This document shows positions 28,687 through 38,256 of a stretch of 64,000 bases of DNA, piece after piece. This stretch comes from Nitrospirota bacterium (GTDB taxonomy: Bacteria; Nitrospirota; UBA9217): NCBI GenBank assembly GCA_020052615.1, contig JAGVOT010000101.1, positions 57,592-121,591 of the forward strand, given 5' to 3'. The position numbers and the translations under genes are program-made. Under the pieces are notes generated by a model. The model had not been told where the DNA came from and did not search any database. It saw nothing but the letters and a program-made list of their open reading frames with translations. Position 1 is the stretch's first letter. Every line of letters starts with the position of its first letter.

Positions 28687-29669
28687 CAACGTCATTTGGA
28701 CAAAAGGAACAGGAGGGTCATGATCACGAACACGACCATGACCATGACCACACCCACGCCCACCTTCACGGGTCAACAGGCGGGAGGCGAGGCCTCCTCA
28801 TAGCCCTTACGATCACGCTCTTCATGATGATCGCCGAGATCATCGGCGGTATCCTGTCGAACAGCCTTGCCCTCCTGTCGGACGCCGGCCATATGTTCAC
28901 CGACACCCTGGCGCTCGCGCTCTCCTTCTTTGCCATGAAGTTCGCGAGCATGCCGGCGACGGAGAAGAAGACCTTCGGGTTCTACCGTCTCGAGATCCTG
29001 GCGGCGCTCCTGAACGGCATCACCCTCGTCATCATCTCCCTGTACATCATGTATGAGGCCTATCAGCGCATCCTGAACCCCCAGCCGGTGGCAGGCACCC
29101 TGATGCTGATCGTTGCGGTCATCGGCCTGATGGTGAACATTATCGGCGCGCTGTTCCTTATGAAGCATCATGAGACGAACCTGAACATCAGGGGCGCGTT
29201 CCTCCATATCATCGGAGATGCCGTGTCGTCACTCGGCGTTATCATCGGCGGGATCATCATCCTCTATACCGGCTGGTACCTCATGGACCCGATCCTGAGC
29301 ATTCTCATCGCGCTGGGCATCATCGCCGGAGCCATTGGTCTGGTGTCCGAATCCGTGAGCATCCTGCTTGAATCCGCGCCTTCGCACATCAATGTAGCAG
29401 CAGTGTCGGAAGAGATCGCCAAGATTGCCGGCGTTCGGGAGGCATACCATGTCCATGTCTGGACCATAACCTCCGGCGTCTATGCCCTCAGCGCCCACGT
29501 CATCATTGATGACAGACCGGTCAGCGGGAGCAGGGAACTGCTTGATGCCATCAGGCAGCGTTTGACCGATCGGTTCAAGATCATGCACAGCACGATCCAG
29601 CTGGAGTGCGAACGGTGCGATGAGAGCGGTTCCTGTTCTCTCCCTGTCGATGTCAAAAACCACCGCTAA
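28683..29669 (+). CDS. Cation diffusion facilitator (CzcD/ZitB-type) metal efflux transporter with a His-rich N-terminus.
   Basis: HDHEHDHDHDHTHAHLHG; six TM with SDAGHMFTD and HIIGD metal-site motifs; C-terminal cytoplasmic domain. Confidence 0.85.
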   Translation: MTTSFGQKEQEGHDHEHDHDHDHTHAHLHGSTGGRRGLLIALTITLFMMIAEIIGGILSNSLALLSDAGHMFTDTLALALSFFAMKFASMPATEKKTFGFYRLEILAALLNGITLVIISLYIMYEAYQRILNPQPVAGTLMLIVAVIGLMVNIIGALFLMKHHETNLNIRGAFLHIIGDAVSSLGVIIGGIIILYTGWYLMDPILSILIALGIIAGAIGLVSESVSILLESAPSHINVAAVSEEIAKIAGVREAYHVHVWTITSGVYALSAHVIIDDRPVSGSRELLDAIRQRLTDRFKIMHSTIQLECERCDESGSCSLPVDVKNHR

Positions 29670-29682
29670 GTCCTCATAATTC

Positions 29683-29711
29683 TTGACAGAATACCCTGCT
29701 TTGGCTACACT
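29683..29711 (+). promoter_or_regulatory. Sigma70-like promoter for the sphingolipid cluster: -35 TTGACA (29683-29688), -10 TACACT (29706-29711).
   Basis: 17-nt spacer, ~30 nt upstream of the SDR gene start. Confidence 0.45.
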
Positions 29712-29741
29712 TACACGACCTTACAGCGCATTATCACTAAT

Positions 29742-30743
29742 ATGAAACAAACTGTTATCGGCTCGGTTCTGGTCACTGGCGGCACCGGTTTTGTGGGCAG
29801 CCATCTCGTTGAGCTCCTGGTCAACAGAGGCTACGAGGTGTCCTGTCTTGTGCGGGACCCGGGAAATGTCCGATGGCTCAAAGGCCAACGGGTGCGTCTC
29901 ATTCAGGGCAATTGCAGTGACCGGGAATCCCTGGAGGCCGCTGTCCGGAATGCAGGGACCGTTTATCATGTCGCAGGTCTGACCAAGGCGGCCCGACGGC
30001 GAGACTTCTATGAGGTCAATCATATCGGTACCAGGAACATTCTGGACGCTTGTGCCCGCCGGGGCCCGAACCTGCAGAAATTCGTTCTGGTCTCCAGTCT
30101 TGCAGCCGCCGGTCCGGCGCAGGCTGACCGGCCGGTGAGGGCCATGGACGCACCTCATCCGGTGTCCGATTACGGAAGGAGCAAGCTCCTTGCGGAGGAA
30201 GAAACGCTCAAGTTCAAGGACCGCTTCCCGGTGGTCATCCTCCGGCCGTCTGCTGTGTATGGCCCGCGGGATACGGACGTCTTCGAGCTGTTCCGTTGGG
30301 CGGCAAAGGGCTACATCCTTGACATGAGCGGCAGTGAGCGCTTCCTGAACTGGTGCTATGTAAAGGATCTTGCCGAAGCGCTGGTGACGGCCGGCGAACG
30401 ATCCGTGCCGAGCGGCAGCGTCTATTTCGTTGCCGAGGACCGGATACATTCCATGACCGGATTCCAGAGGGTCCTCCAGGAGTCAGGCGGAGTCGCCGCG
30501 AAGATCATCAAGGTCCCTGTATGGGCGGGTTACCTCGTCGGCCTTGCAGCGGAAGCAGCCGGTATCCTGCGCGGAAGGCCGTCCATCATAAATCGTCAGA
30601 AGGTGCGCGAGGCTGCACAGCAATACTGGACCTGCGACCTGGACACGATACGGGCAGACCTTGGGTTCCAAGCAGCAATGCCCCTGGAGAAGGGGCTGAC
30701 GGCGACCTGGAAGTGGTACCGCGAGAACGGCTGGATCGACTGA
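29742..30743 (+). CDS. NAD(P)-dependent epimerase/dehydratase-family SDR; candidate ceramide (3-ketosphinganine) reductase CerR.
   Basis: Rossmann motif [16 protein letters not shown]; YxxxK equivalent SDYGRSK. It lies immediately upstream of spt and the GNAT gene, the arrangement reported for bacterial CerR. Confidence 0.7.
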   Translation: MKQTVIGSVLVTGGTGFVGSHLVELLVNRGYEVSCLVRDPGNVRWLKGQRVRLIQGNCSDRESLEAAVRNAGTVYHVAGLTKAARRRDFYEVNHIGTRNILDACARRGPNLQKFVLVSSLAAAGPAQADRPVRAMDAPHPVSDYGRSKLLAEEETLKFKDRFPVVILRPSAVYGPRDTDVFELFRWAAKGYILDMSGSERFLNWCYVKDLAEALVTAGERSVPSGSVYFVAEDRIHSMTGFQRVLQESGGVAAKIIKVPVWAGYLVGLAAEAAGILRGRPSIINRQKVREAAQQYWTCDLDTIRADLGFQAAMPLEKGLTATWKWYRENGWID

Positions 30744-30787
30744 TACTGCCTGATAAACGACGGATCAGAGTCAAGGGAGGAAGAGCA

Positions 30788-31969
30788 TTGGATCTTTTCG
30801 AGAAATGTGGGAAGTTCACGGCTGCAAAAGAGGTGATGGCGGCCGGATTCTATCCTTACTTCCGCGTGGTGGAATCGGAGCAGAATCCCGAGGTGACCGT
30901 GGAGGGAAGGAGGATGGTCATGCTCGGTTCGAACAACTACCTGGGCCTCACCAGCCATCCGAAGGTCAAGGAGGCGGCGATCGCGGCGGTGAAGAAATAC
31001 GGAAGCGGATGCGCCGGCTCCCGGTTCCTGAACGGCACGCTCGATATCCATGTACAGCTCGAGGAGAAGCTGGCGAAATTCTTCCGCAAGGAGAACGCCC
31101 TGACCTTTTCCACGGGCTACCAGACAAATCTCGGCATTATCTCATCCATCGCAGGAAAGGACGATGTCGTTGTCATTGACAAGCTCGATCACGCGAGCAT
31201 CATCGATGCCTGCCGGTTATCCTTCGCCGAGGTCAAAAAATTCAAACATAACGATATGGGCAGCCTGGAATTCGTCCTCAAGGCGTGCGGGGACCGGGGC
31301 AAGCTCGTGGTCGTGGACGGCGTGTACAGCATGGAAGGGGACATTGCGCAGCTTCCGGAGATCGTCAAGGTCTGCAGGAAGTACGGCGCCCGGATCATGG
31401 TCGACGATGCCCACGGCGTAGGCGTGCTGGGGAGGACGGGCCGCGGCACGGCCGAGCATTTCGGGCTCGAGAAGGACGTGGACATCATCATGGGGACCTA
31501 CAGCAAGTCCATGGCGTCCATCGGCGGGTTCGTGGTCGCCAGCGAGGATGTGATCCATTATATCAAGCATACGTCCCGGCCGCTCATCTTCTCGGCCAGT
31601 CCGCCGCCGGCCTCGGTCGCGTCGGTCATCGCGGCCCTTGATATCATCGATGAGGAGCCGGAACGGCGGGAGCGTCTCTGGCATAATACGCACAAGATGA
31701 TGAAGGCCTGCAAACAGATGGGCTACGACACCGGAACGACCGAGACGCCCATCATTCCGCTGCTCATGGGTGACATGGAACGCGCCTTCATGATGTGGAA
31801 GATCCTGAGCGACGAAGGGGTCTTCGTGAATCCCGTGGTACCGCCGGCGACCCAGCCGGGACGCTGCCTCATCCGTACGAGCTACATGGCGACCCACACC
31901 GACGAAATGCTCGACCGGGTGCTGGTGATCCTGGAGCAGGCGGGGAAGAAACTGGGCGTAATCCACTGA
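30788..31969 (+). CDS. spt: Serine palmitoyltransferase (alpha-oxoamine synthase family). Probable TTG start with a strong RBS.
   Basis: [80 protein letters not shown] (PLP-Lys). C-terminal [20 protein letters not shown] closely tracks Sphingomonas SPT (VVLEGVYSMLGDIAPL, VGTFSKSVGTVGGFV, PPATPAGTFLLRCSICAEHT). GGGAGG sits 8 nt upstream of the TTG at 30788. The upstream ORF extension (30353..) runs into the SDR gene. Confidence 0.8.
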   Translation: MDLFEKCGKFTAAKEVMAAGFYPYFRVVESEQNPEVTVEGRRMVMLGSNNYLGLTSHPKVKEAAIAAVKKYGSGCAGSRFLNGTLDIHVQLEEKLAKFFRKENALTFSTGYQTNLGIISSIAGKDDVVVIDKLDHASIIDACRLSFAEVKKFKHNDMGSLEFVLKACGDRGKLVVVDGVYSMEGDIAQLPEIVKVCRKYGARIMVDDAHGVGVLGRTGRGTAEHFGLEKDVDIIMGTYSKSMASIGGFVVASEDVIHYIKHTSRPLIFSASPPPASVASVIAALDIIDEEPERRERLWHNTHKMMKACKQMGYDTGTTETPIIPLLMGDMERAFMMWKILSDEGVFVNPVVPPATQPGRCLIRTSYMATHTDEMLDRVLVILEQAGKKLGVIH

Positions 31970-31977
31970 TCAAACCT

Positions 31978-33090
31978 ATGCGGATCGAGACGGTTTCCGA
32001 CAAAAAAGGCCTGGCGCAGTTCATCCGTTTCCCCTGGACGGTGTATGAGGGGAATGCGAACTGGGTGCCGCCGCTCATCAGCGACATGGAGTTCATCCTG
32101 GGCGAGAAGAATCCCTTCTTCCATCACGCCGAGGCAGCCTGCTTTCTCGCGAAAGAAGGGGAGAGCGTTGTCGGCCGCATCGCCGCCATCATCGACCGCA
32201 ACCACATCAACACCCACAGTGAACAGGCGGGATTCTTCGGCTTTTTCGAATGTCTTCCCGATCCCGCCATCGCCGGCGCCCTCCTGGATTCGGCGTCGGC
32301 CTGGCTGAAGGAACGGGACATCGAGGTCATGCGCGGCCCCATGAACCCTTCGACGAACGATGAATGCGGCTTTCTGCTCGAAGGGTTCGATTCACCGCCG
32401 ATGATCTTGATGACCTATACGCCGCCGTACTATCTCGATTATATGGAACGGTGCGGCATGGCCAAATCCAGGGACCTCTATGCATACCTGTCGATCATCA
32501 AGGACGTATCGGCTGGCGAACGGCTTGAACGGCTTGCAGCCGGGGTGCGGGCGAGGGTCCCCGGGCTGACCGTGCGTCCGGCGAATATGAAGGACTTTGC
32601 TCATGAATTGGCGATCGTAAAAGAGATCTATAATTCCGCATGGAGCCACAACTGGGGGTTCGTTCCCATGACCGACGAGGAGATCTCGTCAATGGCGAAA
32701 CGGCTCAAACCGCTTATCGTGCCGGAACTGCTCCTGATGGCGGAGGTGAACGGAGATCCCGCTGCATTCTATATGGCGGTGCCGGACTACAACCAGGTCC
32801 TCCGCCGGGTCAACGGCAGGCTCGGACCCATCGGGATCATGAAATTCCTGTGGTATGCACGGAAGATCAGCGACATTCGCGTCCTGACCATGGGCGTGAA
32901 GGAGGAATACCGGAAGAAGGGGATCGAAGGCCTTCTCTATCTCGAGTCCTTCAAGGCTGCCAGCAAAAAAGGCTATGCGCGGGCGGAGATGTCCTGGATC
33001 CTTGAGGACAATGTCCTGATGCAGCGCGGCTGCGAGCTCATGGGCGGAAAACTGTACAAGAAATACCGGATCTATGAAAAGAAGATCTAG
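31978..33090 (+). CDS. GNAT-fold acyltransferase; candidate bacterial ceramide synthase (bCerS-like).
   Basis: ~370 aa, no TM. Acyl-CoA N-acyltransferase-like C-terminal half: VLTMGVKEEYRKKGIEGLLYLESFKAASKKGYARAEMSWILEDN. Starts 9 nt after the spt stop. Confidence 0.5.
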   Translation: MRIETVSDKKGLAQFIRFPWTVYEGNANWVPPLISDMEFILGEKNPFFHHAEAACFLAKEGESVVGRIAAIIDRNHINTHSEQAGFFGFFECLPDPAIAGALLDSASAWLKERDIEVMRGPMNPSTNDECGFLLEGFDSPPMILMTYTPPYYLDYMERCGMAKSRDLYAYLSIIKDVSAGERLERLAAGVRARVPGLTVRPANMKDFAHELAIVKEIYNSAWSHNWGFVPMTDEEISSMAKRLKPLIVPELLLMAEVNGDPAAFYMAVPDYNQVLRRVNGRLGPIGIMKFLWYARKISDIRVLTMGVKEEYRKKGIEGLLYLESFKAASKKGYARAEMSWILEDNVLMQRGCELMGGKLYKKYRIYEKKI

Positions 33091-33093
33091 ATC

Positions 33094-33687
33094 ATGAAGC
33101 ATATCGGACGCAAGCTCTATCATCTGCTTGGCGGTCTCGCATTGCTGTCGCTCTATTACCTGCTGGGACGGCAGCGGGCGCTGATCTGCTACGGACTCCT
33201 TGTCCTGGTCGTTCTTGCCATCGACATCGCCCGCCTTCGCGTGCCCGCCCTCAACCAGTTCATCCAGACCCGATTCAGCAGTTTCATCCGCAAGAACGAG
33301 GCGAACAAGCTCACCGGGACCGCGCCCTATGTGCTGGGCATCGGGCTGTCGCTCCTGCTCTACCGGACCGATATTGCGACTGCGGCGGTCTGTTTCCTTG
33401 CATTCGGAGATGTCGCGGCGACAGCGGTAGGGGAGCGGTATGGAAGAACGAAGATAACGGGAGAGAAGAGCCTTGAGGGGACCCTGGCATTCGTTGCGGC
33501 TGCGGTGACCGTCGGCTTCCTGCTTCCTCTGACCGGAATCCCCATTACGCACGGCATTGTTCTGGCCGGAGCCGTTGCCGCCGCCGGCGTCGAGCTTGTC
33601 CCGCTGCCCGTGAACGATAATCTGGTCATCCCCCTGGTCTCAGGTGGGGTGATGGAGATGATCAGCCGGGCGACCGGCTGCGCGTGA
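33094..33687 (+). CDS. Small polytopic membrane protein of the CdsA / dolichol-kinase-like (CTP-dependent transferase/kinase) fold.
   Basis: Six predicted TM. C-terminal KSLEGTLAFVAAAVTVGFL resembles the CdsA-family catalytic C-terminus. Starts 4 nt after the GNAT gene. Confidence 0.35.
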   Translation: MKHIGRKLYHLLGGLALLSLYYLLGRQRALICYGLLVLVVLAIDIARLRVPALNQFIQTRFSSFIRKNEANKLTGTAPYVLGIGLSLLLYRTDIATAAVCFLAFGDVAATAVGERYGRTKITGEKSLEGTLAFVAAAVTVGFLLPLTGIPITHGIVLAGAVAAAGVELVPLPVNDNLVIPLVSGGVMEMISRATGCA

Positions 33688-34545
33688 CAGAAGTTTCGAA
33701 AGCCGAGGGGCAAGGTATATCGTCAGCACGGTGAGCACGATGCCGGCTATGACGTCAACGACGTAGTGGTAGCGAAGATAGACCGTTGAAATGATGAGCC
33801 CCGTGACCGCCGGGATGAGCAGGGCGACAAGGACCCGTTCCCGGAACTTCCCGGAATAATAGAGCGTCATCAGGGCGACGGCGGTATGTCCGCTGGGAAA
33901 GGCGTCGGTCTTGGTATTTTCCAGCGCGTTCAGCGTGTCCTGCAGGGCAACGACGAAGGGGCTTGCCGCGAGGTCCCGGGTCTGCAGGTGCGCGAGGGTG
34001 AAGCGGGGCCCCACGGCGGGGAACAGCAGGTAGCCGAGATAGGACAGGTAGAAGCAAAGAATGATGCCGAAGACCGCTTCGTCGAAAGCGGTCTCGTTCT
34101 TTTTCCTGAATAGCACGACGCCCAGGACGATGGCCATTGGATAATAGCTGATGTAGGCGAACTGCATTGCCGTGGTCAGCAGGGGATGGATGAACCGTTC
34201 GAACAGGACCGTGGGGTGACGGCCGCCGAAGAGCCAGAGATCGGCGCGGATGAGCAGGTCATCGAGGTACCGGGGCCAGATCCCGGGAATGATGTCGCCC
34301 ATGCTGTCGAACAGGACCGGGACGATCAGGATCGGCAGGAACGCATGGAACCGCCGGGACCACGCCGGGGACGGTGACCGCGGGGAATAGTGTGCGAAGA
34401 TGAACAGCGAAACAGCGATCGCGGCGAGGCGGGCAAGGAGCCATGGGGCGTGGGGCAGCCGGGGCCACGCGGCGAGCGTCACGGCGGCCAGGAGCGATAG
34501 GAACAACAGAGACAGCAGGTCGACAGGCTTGCAGGTCCCGCGCAT
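33640..34545 (-). CDS. PAP2-family lipid phosphatase/phosphotransferase (membrane).
   Basis: PAP2 motifs KTDAFPSGHTA and LRYHYVVDVIAG (SRxxxxxHxxxD-like). Multiple TM. Its 3' end overlaps the CdsA-like gene by ~48 bp, convergently. Confidence 0.65.
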   Translation of the reverse strand: MRGTCKPVDLLSLLFLSLLAAVTLAAWPRLPHAPWLLARLAAIAVSLFIFAHYSPRSPSPAWSRRFHAFLPILIVPVLFDSMGDIIPGIWPRYLDDLLIRADLWLFGGRHPTVLFERFIHPLLTTAMQFAYISYYPMAIVLGVVLFRKKNETAFDEAVFGIILCFYLSYLGYLLFPAVGPRFTLAHLQTRDLAASPFVVALQDTLNALENTKTDAFPSGHTAVALMTLYYSGKFRERVLVALLIPAVTGLIISTVYLRYHYVVDVIAGIVLTVLTIYLAPRLSKLLSRAAGRPADHLHHPT

Positions 34546-34603
34546 GACCTCTTATACAATACCTCTCTCCTAATTGCAAGGGCATCTGTGTTATACTCGA
34601 GCT

Positions 34604-35929
34604 ATGCATAAGAAGGCTTATTCACTCCTGATCGCACTATCGATCCTGTGTGCGACGGTCATTGCATGCGGTCACTGCCTCGCCGCAGAACGGATGTCTC
34701 TCGAGGAATGCATCAATACGGCGCTCAAAAGCCAGCCGACCATCAGGGCGGCACGGGAGAACGTCCGCGCAGGCCGGGGCCGGGAGACCCAGGCGGCATC
34801 GCCCTATTTCCCTCAGCTCACGGCAAGCACCGGCTATTCCGAGAGCCACTCCCCCATGGGCGGCGCGTTCTTCGGAGGCAGCATAACGAAAACCTATACA
34901 ACATCGCTGTCGGTCAACCAGACGCTCTATGACTTCGGAAAGACCGGCAACGCCTACGACGCGGCGAAATGGGGAACGCTGTCGTCGGAGCAAGATGCGG
35001 AACAGGTCAGCCAGGAGGTCGTGCTGAACGTCAAGCAATCCTATTACGGGCTGCTCGCCGCAACGAAGCTTGTCGAGGTCGCCCGGAAAACGGTCGAGCA
35101 GACCGAAAGCCACCTGCGCCAGGCAGAGGCGTTCTTTCGAGCGGGCTCCAAACCACGGTATGACGTTACGAGGGCCGAGGTGGAAGTGAACAATGCGAAA
35201 CTCGGTCTTATCAACGCAAGGAACAGTGTGCGCTTGCGGACCATTGCCCTGAACAATGCCATGGGCATCGATCCGGGAAGATCAACGGAGATCGTCGAAG
35301 CGCTTCCTGAGGTCCCGGCACTGCCGGCGCTGGGGCAGGCCCAGATCGACGCCCTCAAGAACCGCCCGGACATGAGAAGGACGGAGACCGACATCGAGGC
35401 AGCACGTTCCCGTGTCCAGGCCGAACGGTCGAACTATCTGCCGACGCTATCGGCGAATGCCGCCTACAACTGGGCGACCGGGTCCTCAGAGTTTGGCCAG
35501 TTCATGGGGACGACGCTCAAGGGGGATGTCCAGAACAGCTGGAACGCCGGGATCATGCTGACGCTTCCCCTGTTCCAGGGCGGCTTGACGAAAGGCCGGG
35601 TGAGCGAGGCGCGTGCGAATCAGCTCGCGCTCGAGGCCCAGCGGGACATCATGAAACAGTCGATCCTCTTCGAAGTGAACCAGGCCTTTGCGGATCTCGA
35701 AAGCGCGGCTGCCAGGGTGGATGTCATGGAGAAGACACTGCAAAAGGCCCGGGAAAACCTTGAGATCGCCCAAGGCAGATATAAAGCAGGGGTCGGGGCC
35801 TATATTGAGATCACCGACGCCCAGCTTTCCTCGGTCAATTCAGAAACGGACCATATCAAAGCGCTTTATGATTTTCACCTGTCGATAGCCCAGCTCCTGA
35901 AGGCCATGGGCCGGCAAAACGGCGATTGA
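34604..35929 (+). CDS. Outer-membrane efflux protein (TolC family) of the ABC-type tripartite pump.
   Basis: Signal peptide MHKKAYSLLIALSILCATVIA. OEP repeats: VNQTLYDFGKTG, TLPLFQGGLTKGRVSEARA. Confidence 0.7.
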   Translation: MHKKAYSLLIALSILCATVIACGHCLAAERMSLEECINTALKSQPTIRAARENVRAGRGRETQAASPYFPQLTASTGYSESHSPMGGAFFGGSITKTYTTSLSVNQTLYDFGKTGNAYDAAKWGTLSSEQDAEQVSQEVVLNVKQSYYGLLAATKLVEVARKTVEQTESHLRQAEAFFRAGSKPRYDVTRAEVEVNNAKLGLINARNSVRLRTIALNNAMGIDPGRSTEIVEALPEVPALPALGQAQIDALKNRPDMRRTETDIEAARSRVQAERSNYLPTLSANAAYNWATGSSEFGQFMGTTLKGDVQNSWNAGIMLTLPLFQGGLTKGRVSEARANQLALEAQRDIMKQSILFEVNQAFADLESAAARVDVMEKTLQKARENLEIAQGRYKAGVGAYIEITDAQLSSVNSETDHIKALYDFHLSIAQLLKAMGRQNGD

Positions 35930-35990
35930 TCGCGCATGCACGTCCGGGACGCATCCTTCGTTCACCATCCCGCACTTCGAGGAGTATTCC

Positions 35991-36449
35991 ATGCCGAAAG
36001 TTGAATCAGTGTTCACGGTGAAACTGCCCATCAGGGCAGTGTGGTCCTTTATGTCCGACCGGAACGAAGTGGGCTGTCTCTTTCCGGGATGCAAGGGCGT
36101 CAGGATCATCGACCATCTCGATGCGGTCTGGAAAGTACGCGTGACCTTCGGCCCCTTCGCCCGGACCGTGGAGCTGAAGACGCACACCACGGTGTTCAAG
36201 GAGTTCGAACAGCTCTCCTGGGTCGGAAGCGGAGGGGATATCCACATGTCGGGCGACGTCATCCTGAGAAGGATATCTGATGACGAGACCGAGGTTGTGT
36301 ATCACCTGGAAGGGCATGTGACCGGACCATTTGCCATGCTCCAGGACATCGTGGTGGCGGAGAAATTGCGTGAAGTAAAGAAGAAGTTCATCAGGAACAT
36401 CAGGGACGAACTGGAATGGCAGTTGGAAGAAGGCGGGGAGAAGAAATGA
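35991..36449 (+). CDS. SRPBCC-superfamily (CoxG / polyketide-cyclase-like) protein embedded in the efflux operon.
   Basis: MPKVESVFTVKLPIRAVWSFMSDRNEVGCLFPGCKG...~150 aa. Confidence 0.45.
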   Translation: MPKVESVFTVKLPIRAVWSFMSDRNEVGCLFPGCKGVRIIDHLDAVWKVRVTFGPFARTVELKTHTTVFKEFEQLSWVGSGGDIHMSGDVILRRISDDETEVVYHLEGHVTGPFAMLQDIVVAEKLREVKKKFIRNIRDELEWQLEEGGEKK

Positions 36450-37546
36450 CGCTGGCGCTGTTCAGGAACAAAAAGCTGTTGATAGCCCTTGCAGCCGCTG
36501 CGGCCGTTGTGCTCATTGTCCTGGTGTCAGGAAAAAAACCGGTCCCGGTCAGAGTGCTTGAACTCAAGCCTGGTGAACTGCGCGTCATCGTGAACGCCAC
36601 CACCACGTCGACGATCAAGTCGGAATACGAGGTCACCCTGTCAGCGCAGCGCACGGGGCGGGTCGTCAAACTGCCGGTGCGGGAGGGAGACCGGGTCCGG
36701 AAAGGCGACCTGATCGCGCGGCTCGATCTCTCCGAGGAGTCGGTCCAGTCGGAGAACATGCTTGCTCAGAGCAGGGCGACCTATGATGAGGCGGAAAAGA
36801 ACCTCAAACGTTCGGAGGACCTTTTCAACAAGGGAATGATCTCCCAGCAGGATTACGAGGGAACCAGGCGGGCCTACGAAGTGGCGAAGTCGCAGTTCGA
36901 GGCATCGCGCGAAGATGCCCGGGTGAAGAAGGATTACTCCGTCATCACGTCTCCGTTCAACGGCGTGATCTCCCGAAAATACACGGAGGTAGGCGAACTG
37001 CTCCTTCCGGGGAAACAGATCGTGACCATTGTGGATCCCGATCGGATCTACGTTCTCGCGACGATCGATGAGGTGGACGTCGGGAGGCTTCGTCTGGACC
37101 AGCCGGTGAACATTACGGTGGATGCATTCCCCGGTGAGCGGTTCTCCGGCGAGATCCGAAGGATATCACCCATCGTGAGCGGGGGAAAGCTGGAGACCCG
37201 GACCGCCGATGTATGGATCTATTTTTCTTCCAGGGACGCCAGGATCAAGCCGGGCATGTCCGCAGACATCGAGGTGCTCATCGCAACGGTGAAGGACGTC
37301 CTTGCATCACCTTCGCAGGCGATCGTAGAACGCGACGGGAAGAAGCAGATCTTTGTGGCTGAGGGAAAAGGTATTCGGCCGGGAGTCAAGACCCGCGTGC
37401 GGTTGCGGCCGGTGGAGATCGGAGAAAGCAACTGGATCAGTACGGAGATCAGGAAAGGCCTGGCGCCGGGAGAATTCGTCGTCACGACGCCCGAGTCGGA
37501 AGGATTGAAGGACGGCGTAACGATCAGGATCGAGGAAACCAAATAA
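36446..37546 (+). CDS. Periplasmic adaptor (membrane fusion protein, HlyD/MacA family).
   Basis: N-terminal TM; coiled-coil ESVQSENMLAQSRATYDEAEKNLKRSEDLFNKGMISQQDYEGTRRAYEVAKSQFEASRE; beta-barrel/lipoyl motifs. Its start overlaps the preceding stop. Confidence 0.75.
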   Translation: MTLALFRNKKLLIALAAAAAVVLIVLVSGKKPVPVRVLELKPGELRVIVNATTTSTIKSEYEVTLSAQRTGRVVKLPVREGDRVRKGDLIARLDLSEESVQSENMLAQSRATYDEAEKNLKRSEDLFNKGMISQQDYEGTRRAYEVAKSQFEASREDARVKKDYSVITSPFNGVISRKYTEVGELLLPGKQIVTIVDPDRIYVLATIDEVDVGRLRLDQPVNITVDAFPGERFSGEIRRISPIVSGGKLETRTADVWIYFSSRDARIKPGMSADIEVLIATVKDVLASPSQAIVERDGKKQIFVAEGKGIRPGVKTRVRLRPVEIGESNWISTEIRKGLAPGEFVVTTPESEGLKDGVTIRIEETK

Positions 37547-37578
37547 GCTCTCATCTCCCAACATCAGGTCGTTATGCC

Positions 37579-38256
37579 ATGATAGAACTTCGGGACATCA
37601 GCAAGAACTACCGCATGGGAGAACTGGATATCTGCGCGCTCTGCGGCGTGTCTCTTTCGGTGAAACAGGGAGAGCTGATCGCTGTCATGGGGCCGTCGGG
37701 TTCCGGAAAGTCGACGCTCATGAACGTCCTGGGCTGTCTCGACCGTCCGACGGGTGGTACCTACACATTTGAGGACCGCGAGATAAGCGCAATGTCCGAC
37801 GATGAACTTGCTCACGTGCGGAACGCCAAGATCGGTTTCGTCTTCCAGTCCTTCAATCTCCTTCCACGCTTTACGGCCCTGAAGAATGTGGAAATGCCGC
37901 TTGTCTACAGCGGTGTTCCCGGCCGGCTTCGCACCGAGCGGGCGATACCGGTCCTTGAAAAGGTCGGCCTGCAGGACCGCATGTTCCACAAACCCACGGA
38001 ACTTTCGGGCGGTCAGCAGCAGCGCGTGGCCATTGCACGGGCGCTGGTGAACAGGCCGCCGCTCCTGCTCGCCGACGAACCGACGGGCAATCTCGACAGC
38101 CGGTCCGGCGCGGAGATCCTGAACATCCTGTCGGACCTGAACCATCAGGGCGTCACGATCATGATCGTGACCCATGACCATGATGTTGCGGCACGTTGCA
38201 AGCGGATCATCAATCTCAAGGACGGACAGGTCGTCGGAGACCGGCTAAGAACGTGA
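37579..38256 (+). CDS. ABC transporter ATP-binding protein (MacB/LolD subfamily).
   Basis: Walker A GPSGSGKST, Q-loop, signature LSGGQQQRVAIARAL, Walker B LLLADEPTGNLD, H-loop. Confidence 0.9.
   Translation: MIELRDISKNYRMGELDICALCGVSLSVKQGELIAVMGPSGSGKSTLMNVLGCLDRPTGGTYTFEDREISAMSDDELAHVRNAKIGFVFQSFNLLPRFTALKNVEMPLVYSGVPGRLRTERAIPVLEKVGLQDRMFHKPTELSGGQQQRVAIARALVNRPPLLLADEPTGNLDSRSGAEILNILSDLNHQGVTIMIVTHDHDVAARCKRIINLKDGQVVGDRLRT

Noticed and set aside
30353-30787. N-terminal extension of the spt ORF (track start 30353).
   Set aside because: It overlaps the SDR gene in another frame and contains no start with an RBS. The strong GGGAGG plus TTG at 30788 matches the expected SPT N-terminus.
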